A stretch of 64,000 nucleotides of DNA from the NCBI GenBank assembly GCA_964596525.1, contig CAZQUL010000002.1, forward strand, positions 9,444 through 73,443. Reading direction: 5' to 3'. Origin of the DNA: an uncultured Gammaproteobacteria bacterium (GTDB taxonomy: Bacteria > Patescibacteriota > Patescibacteriia > Magasanikbacterales > GWA2-37-8). Positions 8,067-18,042 of this stretch are shown here, in pieces (position 1 is the first letter of the stretch; each line of letters opens with the position of its first letter). The position numbers were made by a program, and so were the translations under genes. The notes beneath the pieces were generated by a model. The model was given only the letters and a program-made list of their open reading frames with translations. It was not told the origin of the DNA and did no database searches.

Positions 8067-9755
8067 TTAAACCATGGTATCAGATTCAGGAGAAGGACCA
8101 GGTGATTGCCGATCAAACAGTTCGCTGATCGAGTAATTCGCTCCTTTCTTTATGGTCGAGATGGTCATATCACCATTCATGGTATACGAATCGGGCTCAG
8201 GAAGGAGCATATCCCGACCGCGAAAGTCTTTGCGCCCTGCCAATACTTTTCCGTATTTATCAAATTCTTCACCGGTATAATTGCTCCGCAAAACACTTCC
8301 CTCTTCGGCGGCTGCAATCAGGCGCAGCGGTTCAAGCTTATCATAATTAACCTTGTTTTCATGACAGAGCTCTTCTAACCGCGCCGTCATCTTGAGGTAG
8401 AAATCATAGGGAAAGCACGTGTACTGGATAATTTTCAGTTCCTTAAGCGCCTGATTGATTCTTTTGGGCGATCTATCACGGTAATTTTTGATGCGTTCCC
8501 ACAACGCCGCCGCGAATTCATCGGGAGTAATGACGTTTTTATTTTCTATATAGATACCGTTCGGCAAGCCGTGTGTTTGAATCACCAAAGCGGTTTTTCC
8601 ACTCGACTTCTTGATCGCGTCCAAAAATTTTTCTTTGGCCGCTTTATCGGCTTTAATATCATGCCTGTCAATTTTTTTTGTAAATTGACGCACGACCTTG
8701 CCAAAACCTTTAGTAGTCTCGCTAAATCTGTCTTCGTCGCCAATACATTCGATGACTTGCGTCTCTTGATCGATGATGATTTCATCCCAAAAATCCATGC
8801 GCTCCTTCCACAACCGCTTAAGGACCTCCACATCGGTTAGCTGCTTCTTTTTCCGCACACCCGGAGATTCTTTTTCCCACAGACGGTAGCGCGTAAGGGC
8901 TTTGAGGAACGAAAAAACCGCAGACATCTGCAACAGGCCATGACTATTAAAAAAAGCGCGTATCTCGGTCTGCTTAAGGAGTTCTCGTGCATACCCAAGG
9001 TGTGCTTCGCTTTTCCAGAGCGTTTGCTGATCTTTCTTGTCATCAAAGGGCAGCATCGGGTCAAGATCGAACGCGGTGAGCTGCTCGGGTTTGGGTAAAA
9101 AATCCTCGACGCGCGCCTTCATGTACTGTCCGATTCCGTACGTATACTTACTCTCCTGGGTTAACAGATTGTGCTGACCTAAAAAATTATATACCGTTCC
9201 GTGAAAAGAGAAGTCACGCACCACAGCAAACAAGTCTTGTATAAGCGCGTTATAAGCTTCACTCAATGTTATCTTGCCTTTTTTCTCTGAACCAATTATA
9301 CGGTCGAGTCCCACGAGTATTCTTTTCACTTCAGCGCCGTGTTTTTTCTTGAACTCAGCGCGCAAAGCCGGCAGATCTTCGGGCGGAAGATCCTCATAGG
9401 CAGTAATCTTGAATTCTTTCTTGAGATTCTCAGTCGTGGAGCGGAGTTTGGCGATATCTTGTTTGAGAGATATCTCTCCCAAGAACTCCGAAGCTTTATC
9501 GAGCCCGCGGGCCAGCCGGGCGGGATTAACCGTACGTGCAGCTTCTAAACCAGCAGCTGCCGCACCGATTCCCATCAAAGCTTTTAAGGCACCACGGCGG
9601 CTCATGGTTTTTTTACCATCGTCCACAGGATTAGTTTTGCGCGCAACCGGACCCTCAGGCGGCAGGTCATATTCATTTCGGTATTCATCAGGCAAGTCCT
9701 GATGGTGCGATGAAAAATTCCGTGCGCTGTCTGGAACGAACCCTCGTTCTGGCAT
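8067..9755 (-). CDS. Hypothetical protein with twin-arginine-like anchor and putative C-terminal clan CD (caspase-fold) peptidase domain
   Basis: SRRGALKALMGIGAAAAG; ALVIQTHG...ITPDEFAAAL...KIIQYTCF His/Cys pattern. Confidence 0.55.
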   Translation of the reverse strand: MPERGFVPDSARNFSSHHQDLPDEYRNEYDLPPEGPVARKTNPVDDGKKTMSRRGALKALMGIGAAAAGLEAARTVNPARLARGLDKASEFLGEISLKQDIAKLRSTTENLKKEFKITAYEDLPPEDLPALRAEFKKKHGAEVKRILVGLDRIIGSEKKGKITLSEAYNALIQDLFAVVRDFSFHGTVYNFLGQHNLLTQESKYTYGIGQYMKARVEDFLPKPEQLTAFDLDPMLPFDDKKDQQTLWKSEAHLGYARELLKQTEIRAFFNSHGLLQMSAVFSFLKALTRYRLWEKESPGVRKKKQLTDVEVLKRLWKERMDFWDEIIIDQETQVIECIGDEDRFSETTKGFGKVVRQFTKKIDRHDIKADKAAKEKFLDAIKKSSGKTALVIQTHGLPNGIYIENKNVITPDEFAAALWERIKNYRDRSPKRINQALKELKIIQYTCFPYDFYLKMTARLEELCHENKVNYDKLEPLRLIAAAEEGSVLRSNYTGEEFDKYGKVLAGRKDFRGRDMLLPEPDSYTMNGDMTISTIKKGANYSISELFDRQSPGPSPESDTMV

Positions 9756-9799
9756 AGGGGAAGTTTAGGTAACGATTGTCATTAAAATAAAGAGCTCTT

Positions 9800-10525
9800 T
9801 TATTTCTTTTTCTTCTGCCGCCACGCCGCGATTTTTTTATGATCGCCGCTCATGAGCACCACAGGGACTTTCCAGCCCAAGAAGTCTTCGGGGCGGGTGA
9901 AATGGGGGTATTCGGCGGACGCGTCGATATCCTTGGTCTTTACCTTATTTTTCTTCGCCTCGGCCACGCTACCGAATGTTTCTTCGCGGAGCGATTCTTG
10001 GTTACCCAACACGCCCGGCACGAGACGGGAAACTGCTTCGACGATCGCGAGCGCTGGAAGTTCACCGCCCGCTAGAACATAATCCCCTACCGACACCCGT
10101 TCGTCAATGAGCTTGTGCACGCGCTCATCGAATCCTTCGTAGCGTCCGGCGATAATGACAAGCCGGTCGAGTTTGACGAATTTTTCAGCCATACGCTGGT
10201 CGAATTTTTTTCCGGACGGATCCATGAGGATGATTTTCTGGTTTTTACCGCCTTGCTTTTCGATCTGCCATTTTTTATTCACCTGGCGCGCTTTGATGGC
10301 CTTGATGCGTTTGAGGCAATCGAAAATCGGCTGCACGGTGAGGAGCATGCCCGCCCCGCCGCCGTAAGGCCGGTCGTCGACGTGTTTCTGTTTGTCTTTG
10401 GTATCATCGCGAAAATTGTGTGCGGCAATACGAATAAGGCCCTTGGATTGCCCGCGCCCGAGGATGCTTTCGGCAGCGTAGGAATGGATGAGATCGGGAA
10501 AGAGGGTGAGAATATCGAAATGCAT
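9800..10525 (-). CDS. trmD: tRNA (guanine-N1)-methyltransferase TrmD
   Basis: FDILTLFP, VDDRPYGGGAGM, GRYEGFDER, SVGDYVLAGGE. Confidence 0.98.
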   Translation of the reverse strand: MHFDILTLFPDLIHSYAAESILGRGQSKGLIRIAAHNFRDDTKDKQKHVDDRPYGGGAGMLLTVQPIFDCLKRIKAIKARQVNKKWQIEKQGGKNQKIILMDPSGKKFDQRMAEKFVKLDRLVIIAGRYEGFDERVHKLIDERVSVGDYVLAGGELPALAIVEAVSRLVPGVLGNQESLREETFGSVAEAKKNKVKTKDIDASAEYPHFTRPEDFLGWKVPVVLMSGDHKKIAAWRQKKKK

Positions 10526-10543
10526 ATCTAGAGGAGAAACAGG

Positions 10544-11140
10544 TCACTTAAGCTTGTAAAACTGAGGTTCTTTTCGCCGCTCTTTGTTCTCAGCATACGG
10601 GATTATCTCAATATGATCAAAAGCCTCATCCGGAGTAATGTCTTCGGCCATCCGCGCCATTCGCTCCAAGTTACCGAACGCACCCCGATTGAAAGAACCG
10701 TCCCGCTCACCAGCTTCCCACGCACGCTGCGCGCGTTCGACGATTTTGTCGGCCGGAACGTTAAAAACTGCCGCCTCTACCCGCACACCCTCGGAACGTA
10801 GTTGTAGCACTTCGGCACGCATTTTCTTTTGCAGGTTTGTGCCGTCAAAAACGATTCGATTAGATTTCGATTCCCGGACAGCAGAACGAACGGCTTCTCC
10901 GAGCCAAGCGATGGCCAGGCGATTTTTTATCGCAAACCGCGCTTCTGGCGTCGAGGCGCCTTCGTCCCTACATGTCGCATCGACCGCAGCTTCGAACTCC
11001 GGACTTTTAACGATGTGCTCAAGAACTTCATCACGGGAAATCACTGCCCAGCCATCATGGGATAATTTCTTTACAAAAGAAGATTTTCCCGAAAACGGCA
11101 AACCGACCGTGCAAACCACCTTTTTGGGGAGTGAGTCCAT
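10544..11140 (-). CDS. P-loop kinase (AAA_33/polynucleotide-kinase-like)
   Basis: VGLPFSGKSS Walker A, ISRD, IVFDGTNL...R. Confidence 0.8.
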   Translation of the reverse strand: MDSLPKKVVCTVGLPFSGKSSFVKKLSHDGWAVISRDEVLEHIVKSPEFEAAVDATCRDEGASTPEARFAIKNRLAIAWLGEAVRSAVRESKSNRIVFDGTNLQKKMRAEVLQLRSEGVRVEAAVFNVPADKIVERAQRAWEAGERDGSFNRGAFGNLERMARMAEDITPDEAFDHIEIIPYAENKERRKEPQFYKLK

Positions 11141-11204
11141 ATACATAAAATAAAAGTAGGTATAGCTTACCAAAAATAAGCTCTTTCTGGAACACAACTA
11201 GAGC

Positions 11205-11240
11205 AACAATAAAACCACCTTGCGGCGGTTTTATTGTTTT
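11205..11240. terminator. Intrinsic terminator after khpA
   Basis: AACAATAAAACC...GGTTTTATTGTT inverted repeat. Confidence 0.7.
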
Positions 11241-11253
11241 GTAGTTGGAGAAA

Positions 11254-11571
11254 CTAGATACCGAGATCATCGACGGCGCTGGTGTCGTTCATGGCACTGT
11301 CCATAGCACCACCGCGGGGTCCGCGACCACCGGCCGGTTCTTCGATCTTCAAGTTAACGCGAGCGTTCTGCTTGGAGCCGAAGGCCTTGAGGAGGATGCG
11401 AATGGCACGGGCAGTCTGGCCCTGGCGGCCGATGACGTAACCCATGTCGCTCGGATCAACCTTGAGCGTGATAAGGACGCCGCGTTCATCAACGATACGG
11501 GTGGTGGTAACCTTGTCCGGATTGTTGACGACCGGCTTGACGAGCATCTCAACAAATTGTTGATCAGTCAT
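11254..11571 (-). CDS. khpA: KH-domain RNA-binding protein KhpA
   Basis: VDPSDMGYVIGRQGQTARAIR; located between rpsP and trmD. Confidence 0.92.
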   Translation of the reverse strand: MTDQQFVEMLVKPVVNNPDKVTTTRIVDERGVLITLKVDPSDMGYVIGRQGQTARAIRILLKAFGSKQNARVNLKIEEPAGGRGPRGGAMDSAMNDTSAVDDLGI

Positions 11572-11715
11572 AATCCTTAGTAACATGCTGTGTTAAGACG
11601 CAGTCTGTCGACACTCATGGAGAGAGCTTAACACCTCTGTCCACCAGTACTGCTTGCACCATAAGTATAGCAAAGGGCTAAAAGAGGGTCAATAATAATC
11701 CACATGATGGAAATC

Positions 11716-11818
11716 TGTCGTTGCGAGGAGCGGGTTAGACGAGCGACGAAGCAATCCCCCAGTACTTCAAAGCTCACTTTAATATCAAGGGGATTGCTTC
11801 GCTGCGCTCGCAATGACA
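11716..11818. repeat. REP-like palindromic intergenic repeat, copy 1
   Basis: TGTCGTTGCGAG...CGAAGCAATC-core-GATTGCTTCG...CTCGCAATGACA; second copy at 19830-19934. Confidence 0.9.
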
Positions 11819-11882
11819 AATACTTAAAATAACAAAAAACCACCGCTTCTATCTACGAAGGGTGGTTCTTTACATGAAGTTC

Positions 11883-12197
11883 TTACGCGGCTTTTTTCTT
11901 GTCGGCCACTTTGGCTTTGCGCTTGGTGGTGAGGTAGACGGATTTTTTCTTCTTGGCTTTGATGAGGCCTTTTTCTACGAACATGTTGTGGATGGTGTCC
12001 GAAGTTTGAGCACCTTTATCAAGCCAGTACGAGATGCGTTCGGTGTTGAGGCGGAGCGGCTCTTTGGTATCATGCGGGTTGAAAATACCGAGCTGTTCGA
12101 GGTACATGCCTTTGGTGTCGCGGGCTTTTTCGGAAATGATAAGGCGGTAGGTGGCGAACTTATTTTTACCGACGCGCTGGAGGCGGATGGTGAGCAT
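11883..12197 (-). CDS. rpsP: 30S ribosomal protein S16
   Basis: MLTIRLQRVGK...YRL...GAQTSDTI. Confidence 0.96.
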   Translation of the reverse strand: MLTIRLQRVGKNKFATYRLIISEKARDTKGMYLEQLGIFNPHDTKEPLRLNTERISYWLDKGAQTSDTIHNMFVEKGLIKAKKKKSVYLTTKRKAKVADKKKAA

Positions 12198-12271
12198 ACA
12201 AAAATTAATGCCTTGATGAAGAATGACAAAATTAGCTTAAAGAAGACGGATTTGAGAGCACGGTCACTCTA

Positions 12272-15200
12272 CTATACGGTGAAAGATTTGTCAACGGGGG
12301 TGGATGGGACTACGGAAGCAGGCTTCTGGGCATCGAGTTTGACGCTCACGACCTGCGAAATACCATCTCCGCTCATGGCGACGCCGTAGAGTGCATCGGC
12401 CGTATGCATAGTAACCCGGTTGTGGGTGATAAGGATGAATTGCGAACGCTCCGCCAACTCCGAAAGAATGCGGACGAAGCGGTGGGTATTGGCTTCGTCG
12501 AGCGCAGCTTCGACTTCGTCGAGGATCACGAAGGGTGAGGGATTATCGTGCAAAATGGCGCAGATGAGGGCAATGGACGTAAGAGTACGCTCGCCACCGG
12601 AAAGCGAGTTGAGATATTTGATTTTCTTGCCCGGCGGATTAGCCATGACATCGATGCCGACGAGGATTTTTTCGCGGTTAGGTTTGAGCTGCTGCTCTTC
12701 TCCTTCGGGTAGCGGGTTCTCTTCGGCGCCTTCTTCGGTCGGCTCATCAGCATACACTTCTTCGAGATCGGCTTCACCGCCTTCAAAAAGGATGGTGAAA
12801 TAACGTTTGAATTCCTGACGGATTTTCTTGAAAGCCTGCGAGCGGCGTTTTTTCATTTCCTTGTCGAGGTCGGCAAGAAGCGAGGTTAAATCGCCGGCTG
12901 CGGTCGTGAGGTCGGTGTACTGGCCATCGAGGTATTCAAAGCGCTCTTTGGTGGCCTGGTATTCCTTTACCACTTCTTCGTCGATGCCACCGATGAGGCT
13001 GAGTTTGTATTTGAGTTTTTGGATTGATTCCGCACACGTCTCGCGTTCTTCGGTAGTTAAAACACGCTCCACGCGTCCAGCGAGCGAAAGGAGCTGCTCG
13101 CCGAGTTCGGCCGTGACTTCGTGCACGAGATCTTCACGGCGGGTTTCAAGTTTGGCCGCTTCGATACCAAGGGCATTTTTGCGATCGGTGAGGCCGTTGA
13201 CGACGAGTTGGCGTTCTTGCATAGAACGCTGCAACGCAAAGATCCGCTGTTCTTTTTCTTCTTCGTGTTTGTTGAATTCTTGGAGTTCAGAGAGGGCGCG
13301 CGCTACGTTTTCTTGAGCGGCAAGAAGCGTCTCTCGAAGCTTTTCTTGTTCGGTTTTGAGCGAAGCGAGAAGCGCCGTATAGGCAGCCGGATCGCTGGTA
13401 AGAAGGGCGAGTTCTTGTTCATGTGAGGCCATTTCTTTGCTCAGGTTCTGGAGCGAAGAGCGCACTACGCTGAGGCGGGCAGACATGCCTTCATCCTTGG
13501 CACGCGCTTCGAGAAGCTTGGCTTGGGCAGCCGGGAGTGCATCATCGATGTCTTTGAGGCGTTTTTCTTCGCGGCCAAGAGCAGCGGCATAGTCTTCATT
13601 CCCCTCTTCGGTGAGTGTGAGACGCGACGAGAACGTAAGGCCGCGGCGAGCGACGCGGAAACCACCACGCATGACACCTTGCTTTTCGGCTACGTCGCCA
13701 GCGAGCGTGACGAACCGCGCACGACCGATGCCGATGCGCTCCGCGGCCGCCAAATCGGGCACGACAAGAGTGGCACCGAACAAAAAGGAAAAGACGTTTT
13801 CGTAGCGTTTATCGAAGCGGATAAGGTCGAGCGCGCGGCCGATGACGTCGGGATGGTTCGCCACATCGGCTTCGTCGGAGTTGAGGTAGCGCGGTTTGAC
13901 GGTCGTGAGCGGGAGGAAGGTGGCGGTGCCGAGTTTTTCTTGGCGCAAGTAATCGATAGCAAGGCGGGCTACGCTTTCGTCAGCTACGATAAGGGACGTG
14001 AGGTGCTGGCCGACGGCCACTTCAAGCGCGATACGGTAGGCATCATCTACCTCGCCGAGTTCGGCAACTACGCCGTACACTTCGCCGAAGCGGCGACGGG
14101 CATCGAGTACAGCTTTAACAGCGGAAAGGCCGGAGATATGCCAATAATCACGCTCGGCTTCGCGTTTGAGGGATTGCCCTTGGAGGCGCGTGAGGGTGAG
14201 TGCGGTCGCGGAGCGTTCGGCATGGAGACGTTCCACTTCGCGGCGGGCGGTTTCGATGACGGCGGCGTGGCGCGTGCGCTCTTCGGTGATCGCCGCTTCG
14301 TCGCGCGTCAAGGTTTCGTGGTCGCGTTTAAAATCTTGGAGTTTGCGTTCGAGCCACGAAATATCGTGGTGGCCGGTCTGGGCGTATTCGGTCTGCATGC
14401 GGCCTTCCAAGATGGCGAGCTGCTTTTCGAGCGCATGCTGCTCGCGGACCGCTTCTTCGTGGCGGGCACGGAGGTTTTCAAAAACGTCTTGGCGCGACGG
14501 ACTTTGGGCGAGATGGGCAAGCTCGGTTTGAATGGTCGTCAAACCGTCGGTCGCAGCGTCAAGCTCACGCTGCACCGCATTGACGCCTTCGGCGATGCGT
14601 TCGAGCTCGATGCGTCCTTCGTGGTAGAGGCTCACGTAGTAGAGTTCTTGCTGCCCACGCAAATCGCGTTCCACTTCGTGGCGCTCTTCGAGTTTCTTCA
14701 CCTGGCGGGTGAGCAGTTTGAGGCGCGGCTCGATTTCTGCCAGCACAGCTTTAGCCTGCTCGAGGTGTTCGTTCGTGCGGGAAAGTTTGAGATGAGCTTG
14801 ATGGCGTTTGATTTGAAGTTCTTTGATACCGCAGGCTTCATCGAAGAATTCCTTGCGCTCGGAAGGATTGACGGTGAGAAGGCGGTCGATCATGCCCTGA
14901 CTTACGATGCTGTAAGAATTTTCGGCAACGCCGGCTTGGGCCATGAGCAAATGGATGTCGAGGAGGCGGACCGGGGTATTATTAATGAGATATTCGCTTT
15001 CACCGCTCCGATATAAACGGCGGATAAGAGTAATTTCGTCGGCGTCATAACTCGGCACGCGGCGATCGGCGTTGTCGAGAATCATGATGACTTCGGCCAA
15101 GGACATGGCACCGCGGGTGGTGGAGCCGCTAAAAATCACGTCTTCGCTTTTTTTACTGCGAATGGTTTTCATACTCTGCTCGCCCATCACCCAGCGGATA

Positions 15201-15346
15201 GCGTCGGTGACGTTGGATTTACCTGAACCGTTCGGACCGACGATGCCGGTAACGCTAAAGCGACCGTTCGCGGGAGGCAAGAATTCCACCACGGTGCGGT
15301 TGGCGAAGGATTTGAAACCATGAATTTCGATTCGTTTGAGGTACAT
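12272..15346 (-). CDS. smc: Chromosome segregation ATPase SMC (short, 1024 aa)
   Basis: GFKSFA, GPNGSGKSN, hinge GTATFLPL/FVTLAGD, LSGGE, ILDEVEAALD, FILITH. Confidence 0.97.
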   Translation of the reverse strand: MYLKRIEIHGFKSFANRTVVEFLPPANGRFSVTGIVGPNGSGKSNVTDAIRWVMGEQSMKTIRSKKSEDVIFSGSTTRGAMSLAEVIMILDNADRRVPSYDADEITLIRRLYRSGESEYLINNTPVRLLDIHLLMAQAGVAENSYSIVSQGMIDRLLTVNPSERKEFFDEACGIKELQIKRHQAHLKLSRTNEHLEQAKAVLAEIEPRLKLLTRQVKKLEERHEVERDLRGQQELYYVSLYHEGRIELERIAEGVNAVQRELDAATDGLTTIQTELAHLAQSPSRQDVFENLRARHEEAVREQHALEKQLAILEGRMQTEYAQTGHHDISWLERKLQDFKRDHETLTRDEAAITEERTRHAAVIETARREVERLHAERSATALTLTRLQGQSLKREAERDYWHISGLSAVKAVLDARRRFGEVYGVVAELGEVDDAYRIALEVAVGQHLTSLIVADESVARLAIDYLRQEKLGTATFLPLTTVKPRYLNSDEADVANHPDVIGRALDLIRFDKRYENVFSFLFGATLVVPDLAAAERIGIGRARFVTLAGDVAEKQGVMRGGFRVARRGLTFSSRLTLTEEGNEDYAAALGREEKRLKDIDDALPAAQAKLLEARAKDEGMSARLSVVRSSLQNLSKEMASHEQELALLTSDPAAYTALLASLKTEQEKLRETLLAAQENVARALSELQEFNKHEEEKEQRIFALQRSMQERQLVVNGLTDRKNALGIEAAKLETRREDLVHEVTAELGEQLLSLAGRVERVLTTEERETCAESIQKLKYKLSLIGGIDEEVVKEYQATKERFEYLDGQYTDLTTAAGDLTSLLADLDKEMKKRRSQAFKKIRQEFKRYFTILFEGGEADLEEVYADEPTEEGAEENPLPEGEEQQLKPNREKILVGIDVMANPPGKKIKYLNSLSGGERTLTSIALICAILHDNPSPFVILDEVEAALDEANTHRFVRILSELAERSQFILITHNRVTMHTADALYGVAMSGDGISQVVSVKLDAQKPASVVPSTPVDKSFTV

Positions 15347-15518
15347 GAAGATAAAAGAATGTTCGTAGTATACTCAAAAAACGGCGGTAGGGCCATCGGT
15401 TCCATCCACAGGCGATCAGCACACACGTAAAGGTAGTTTTTATTGACAAAAGAGCTGTTTTATACTATAAGAAGGCTGGCTTTGGGCTTTCTAACAACCA
15501 TAACGATCGAGGTTTTCA

Positions 15519-16232
15519 ATGAGCCATAAAGGGACAGCATATGCTCGCCGGCAGGACGGCAAAGGCGATCAGGACGGTCTCTACACCGAACACACGCTTG
15601 AGACCCAGCTCCGGATGCTGCGCGAGGCGTTTCGGATTAATTTTAAGGATTTCATACCGACGATACCGCGTATGGAGAGCGAAGGGCTCTTTGTGATCCC
15701 ACACTGGTCGACGGTGGGATCTAAATACGCCGAGGCCGTGCAAGCAGCCCTCGACGCTCTCAGTGGCGTTATCACGAAGAAGGGTCGCTTCTCAGTCTCG
15801 ATTCTCAACTTCGACCCCGATCGGCTGGAAGAAATGGCCTCAAAACACGCCCATCTTGAACGACTCCGCAAGAAGCAAGGGACCGATACACTGCTCATTT
15901 CCGGTCAGTTGGGAAACCACTATGTCGGCCATACGGCAGCGCAAGTAAGCGCCGCTCTCGGTCCACAGGGTTTTCATTTTGGCGTCTTTGAGGGCGCCTG
16001 CCTGCTTATTTCCCACCCGGATCGTCTCGGCAATCCACGCAGTCTCGCTCTGGATCTGGCAGGAGACCGCTATTTCCTTAATTCCGACCGTGTCTTCAAG
16101 CCCGGCATATCGTTTCGGCGCATTCCCTACTACCGACGCGATAGCAAGAACGTCATGCGTTTGTCGATCCGCAATGCGGACGAAGGCACTTATGACCGTG
16201 GTTGCGCCACCGGCGTCGGCCTGAAGAGCTAA
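15519..16232 (+). CDS. Hypothetical protein
   Basis: 237-aa ORF with TTGACA promoter, GAGGT SD and downstream terminator hairpin. Confidence 0.7.
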   Translation: MSHKGTAYARRQDGKGDQDGLYTEHTLETQLRMLREAFRINFKDFIPTIPRMESEGLFVIPHWSTVGSKYAEAVQAALDALSGVITKKGRFSVSILNFDPDRLEEMASKHAHLERLRKKQGTDTLLISGQLGNHYVGHTAAQVSAALGPQGFHFGVFEGACLLISHPDRLGNPRSLALDLAGDRYFLNSDRVFKPGISFRRIPYYRRDSKNVMRLSIRNADEGTYDRGCATGVGLKS

Positions 16233-16401
16233 GAACCACCCCCCCTGCCCTCAACGGCAGGTGGTTTTATTTATAGTCCCCAGATACATTTGACTTTTTG
16301 CTGTACTATTCCTAGCATGAAGCACTTCTCGCCCCCAAAACGAGACCGATCTTTAGCACCGCCTCGCAACCACCAAAGATACGCAAGGAGAGAATACGTC
16401 C

Positions 16402-17847
16402 ATGGAGACCTACGGCAGACCCCTTCTCGGCATCCTTAGCTTTCTAGTTTTGTTTCTTGCCGCTACGGTACAAGCGCAAGAATCTCGCCCCCTACGGGGA
16501 GACGTAACCGCCTACGCTGAACGTTTGGCACACGCCACTCCACCGATCCGTGTACTTACCGCCGCACTACCCGCCTCGAAACAGGCCCAGGCAGCCTATC
16601 AGGCACGCTCGGCGGCCAAACAGGCGGTGGTGCCGCCGGCTCTGACGGATGATTTCCGCGGCCTCGTGGTTTCACTCGTCTTTGATGAACCGGGCGCGAC
16701 AGTACTTGCCGCATATGTGGAAAGTTCGCGCTATCCGGAGGAATTTCCTGCCCGCAAGAAGATTGCACGGCAAATGACTGATGATCCAGCCACTTCTGCC
16801 GAAGCACTCTTTGCCCCCTTGCTTACGGCCTTGAATATCCACGTGCCAGCACCTGCCGCGCCAGCACCTCCACCACCGAACGATATACAACCAGCGGCCA
16901 CCCCTGCACCTTTGCACACACCAGGCTCCGAGCCTCAGCCTGCACCGCCCCCGACGCACCCATCAGAAGAGCCGAGTGCCGAGCGCAACATTGCGCTCCT
17001 TATCGGCGCAGGGATCATGCTCTTCGTGATCGCGCTCGTGATTCTGCATGTGCGACGGCGTCTGAATGCGGAGGATACCGCGTCACTCCCACCCATCCAG
17101 ACCAACGAACCAGCACCGTTCGTCATGCCGGGGACAAACCCCCCTGAAGATCTCATCACGATCTATTTTCCCGAGCTTGCGACGCTCAAGAGCAAAGAGC
17201 AGGAGATTCGGCTCAAGGACGCTCTCCTCAAAGCCGGATTCAAGCTCGGGATGATGGCCGAAATAATCGCCACCTGGCGCGAGCGTCGGCCAGACTTCTA
17301 CCGTGACATCGAGCGTCTCTGGGGAAAGAACCTGGAGTCGTATGCCCAGTTTATCGCCCAGGCCTACGACCGTTTTACCCGCGAACGTTCCGAGCGCAAT
17401 TTAGCGCTCATTGCGCAGTGTCTGCGGGTTTTCGAGGAACCGTGGCGCATTGCCACCGACCTCCAAGGCACGCTGATCCGAACGATCGCGCAGGCCGAGT
17501 ACCTGACGCACGAACTCGAGAAAGTGGTACAGCACCTAAGCGGCGACCTTCGCGAGCGCATCGCGAACAAGATCAATGCCGCAGAGCGCCAGATCCGCAC
17601 CAAGCACGAAATGGAATCTCTGGCGGCATGGCAGAGACTCGCCGCCGAGCTCAGGCAAGAATTTGACTACCTACAGCTCCACTTGAATACGCCCGGCACG
17701 ACGATCGCCGACCACGACCACCCAACAGCCCCCTATCGAAAGGGTGTGGCCGAGGTTCTGCAGCATATCAGCAGTCTCAACGCCATTCACGCTGACACCG
17801 TGGAGACTACGTCTCTGGAACACGCCCAGACGCTCAAGCCAGTGTAA
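16402..17847 (+). CDS. Hypothetical type I membrane protein (signal peptide, Pro-rich linker, TM helix, helical cytoplasmic domain)
   Basis: AATVQA signal; PAPAAPAPPPP linker; IALLIGAGIMLFVIALVIL; AAGGAG SD. Confidence 0.75.
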   Translation: METYGRPLLGILSFLVLFLAATVQAQESRPLRGDVTAYAERLAHATPPIRVLTAALPASKQAQAAYQARSAAKQAVVPPALTDDFRGLVVSLVFDEPGATVLAAYVESSRYPEEFPARKKIARQMTDDPATSAEALFAPLLTALNIHVPAPAAPAPPPPNDIQPAATPAPLHTPGSEPQPAPPPTHPSEEPSAERNIALLIGAGIMLFVIALVILHVRRRLNAEDTASLPPIQTNEPAPFVMPGTNPPEDLITIYFPELATLKSKEQEIRLKDALLKAGFKLGMMAEIIATWRERRPDFYRDIERLWGKNLESYAQFIAQAYDRFTRERSERNLALIAQCLRVFEEPWRIATDLQGTLIRTIAQAEYLTHELEKVVQHLSGDLRERIANKINAAERQIRTKHEMESLAAWQRLAAELRQEFDYLQLHLNTPGTTIADHDHPTAPYRKGVAEVLQHISSLNAIHADTVETTSLEHAQTLKPV

Positions 17848-18042
17848 CCATGTCACTCGCAGGCCCCCAAGGTCTGCTTTTAATTTCAACCTTCTTCACC
17901 ATCCAAGTATCGACCCTTGACAAAAGAGGAGTAAGATAGTAGAGTGGGTTGTTTTACCGACAAAACGACTGGCACTGCCTCGCATCAGAGAGGGTGAGCC
18001 CAGGTTTGCACCCGTCATTTTTCTCGGTTATACTGTAAAGCT

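Noticed and set aside
13523-15016. 497-aa plus-strand ORF inside smc; similar cases at 39857-41215, 25682-26674 and 5656-6540
   Set aside because: Antisense shadows of well-identified genes, with no motifs or expression signals.
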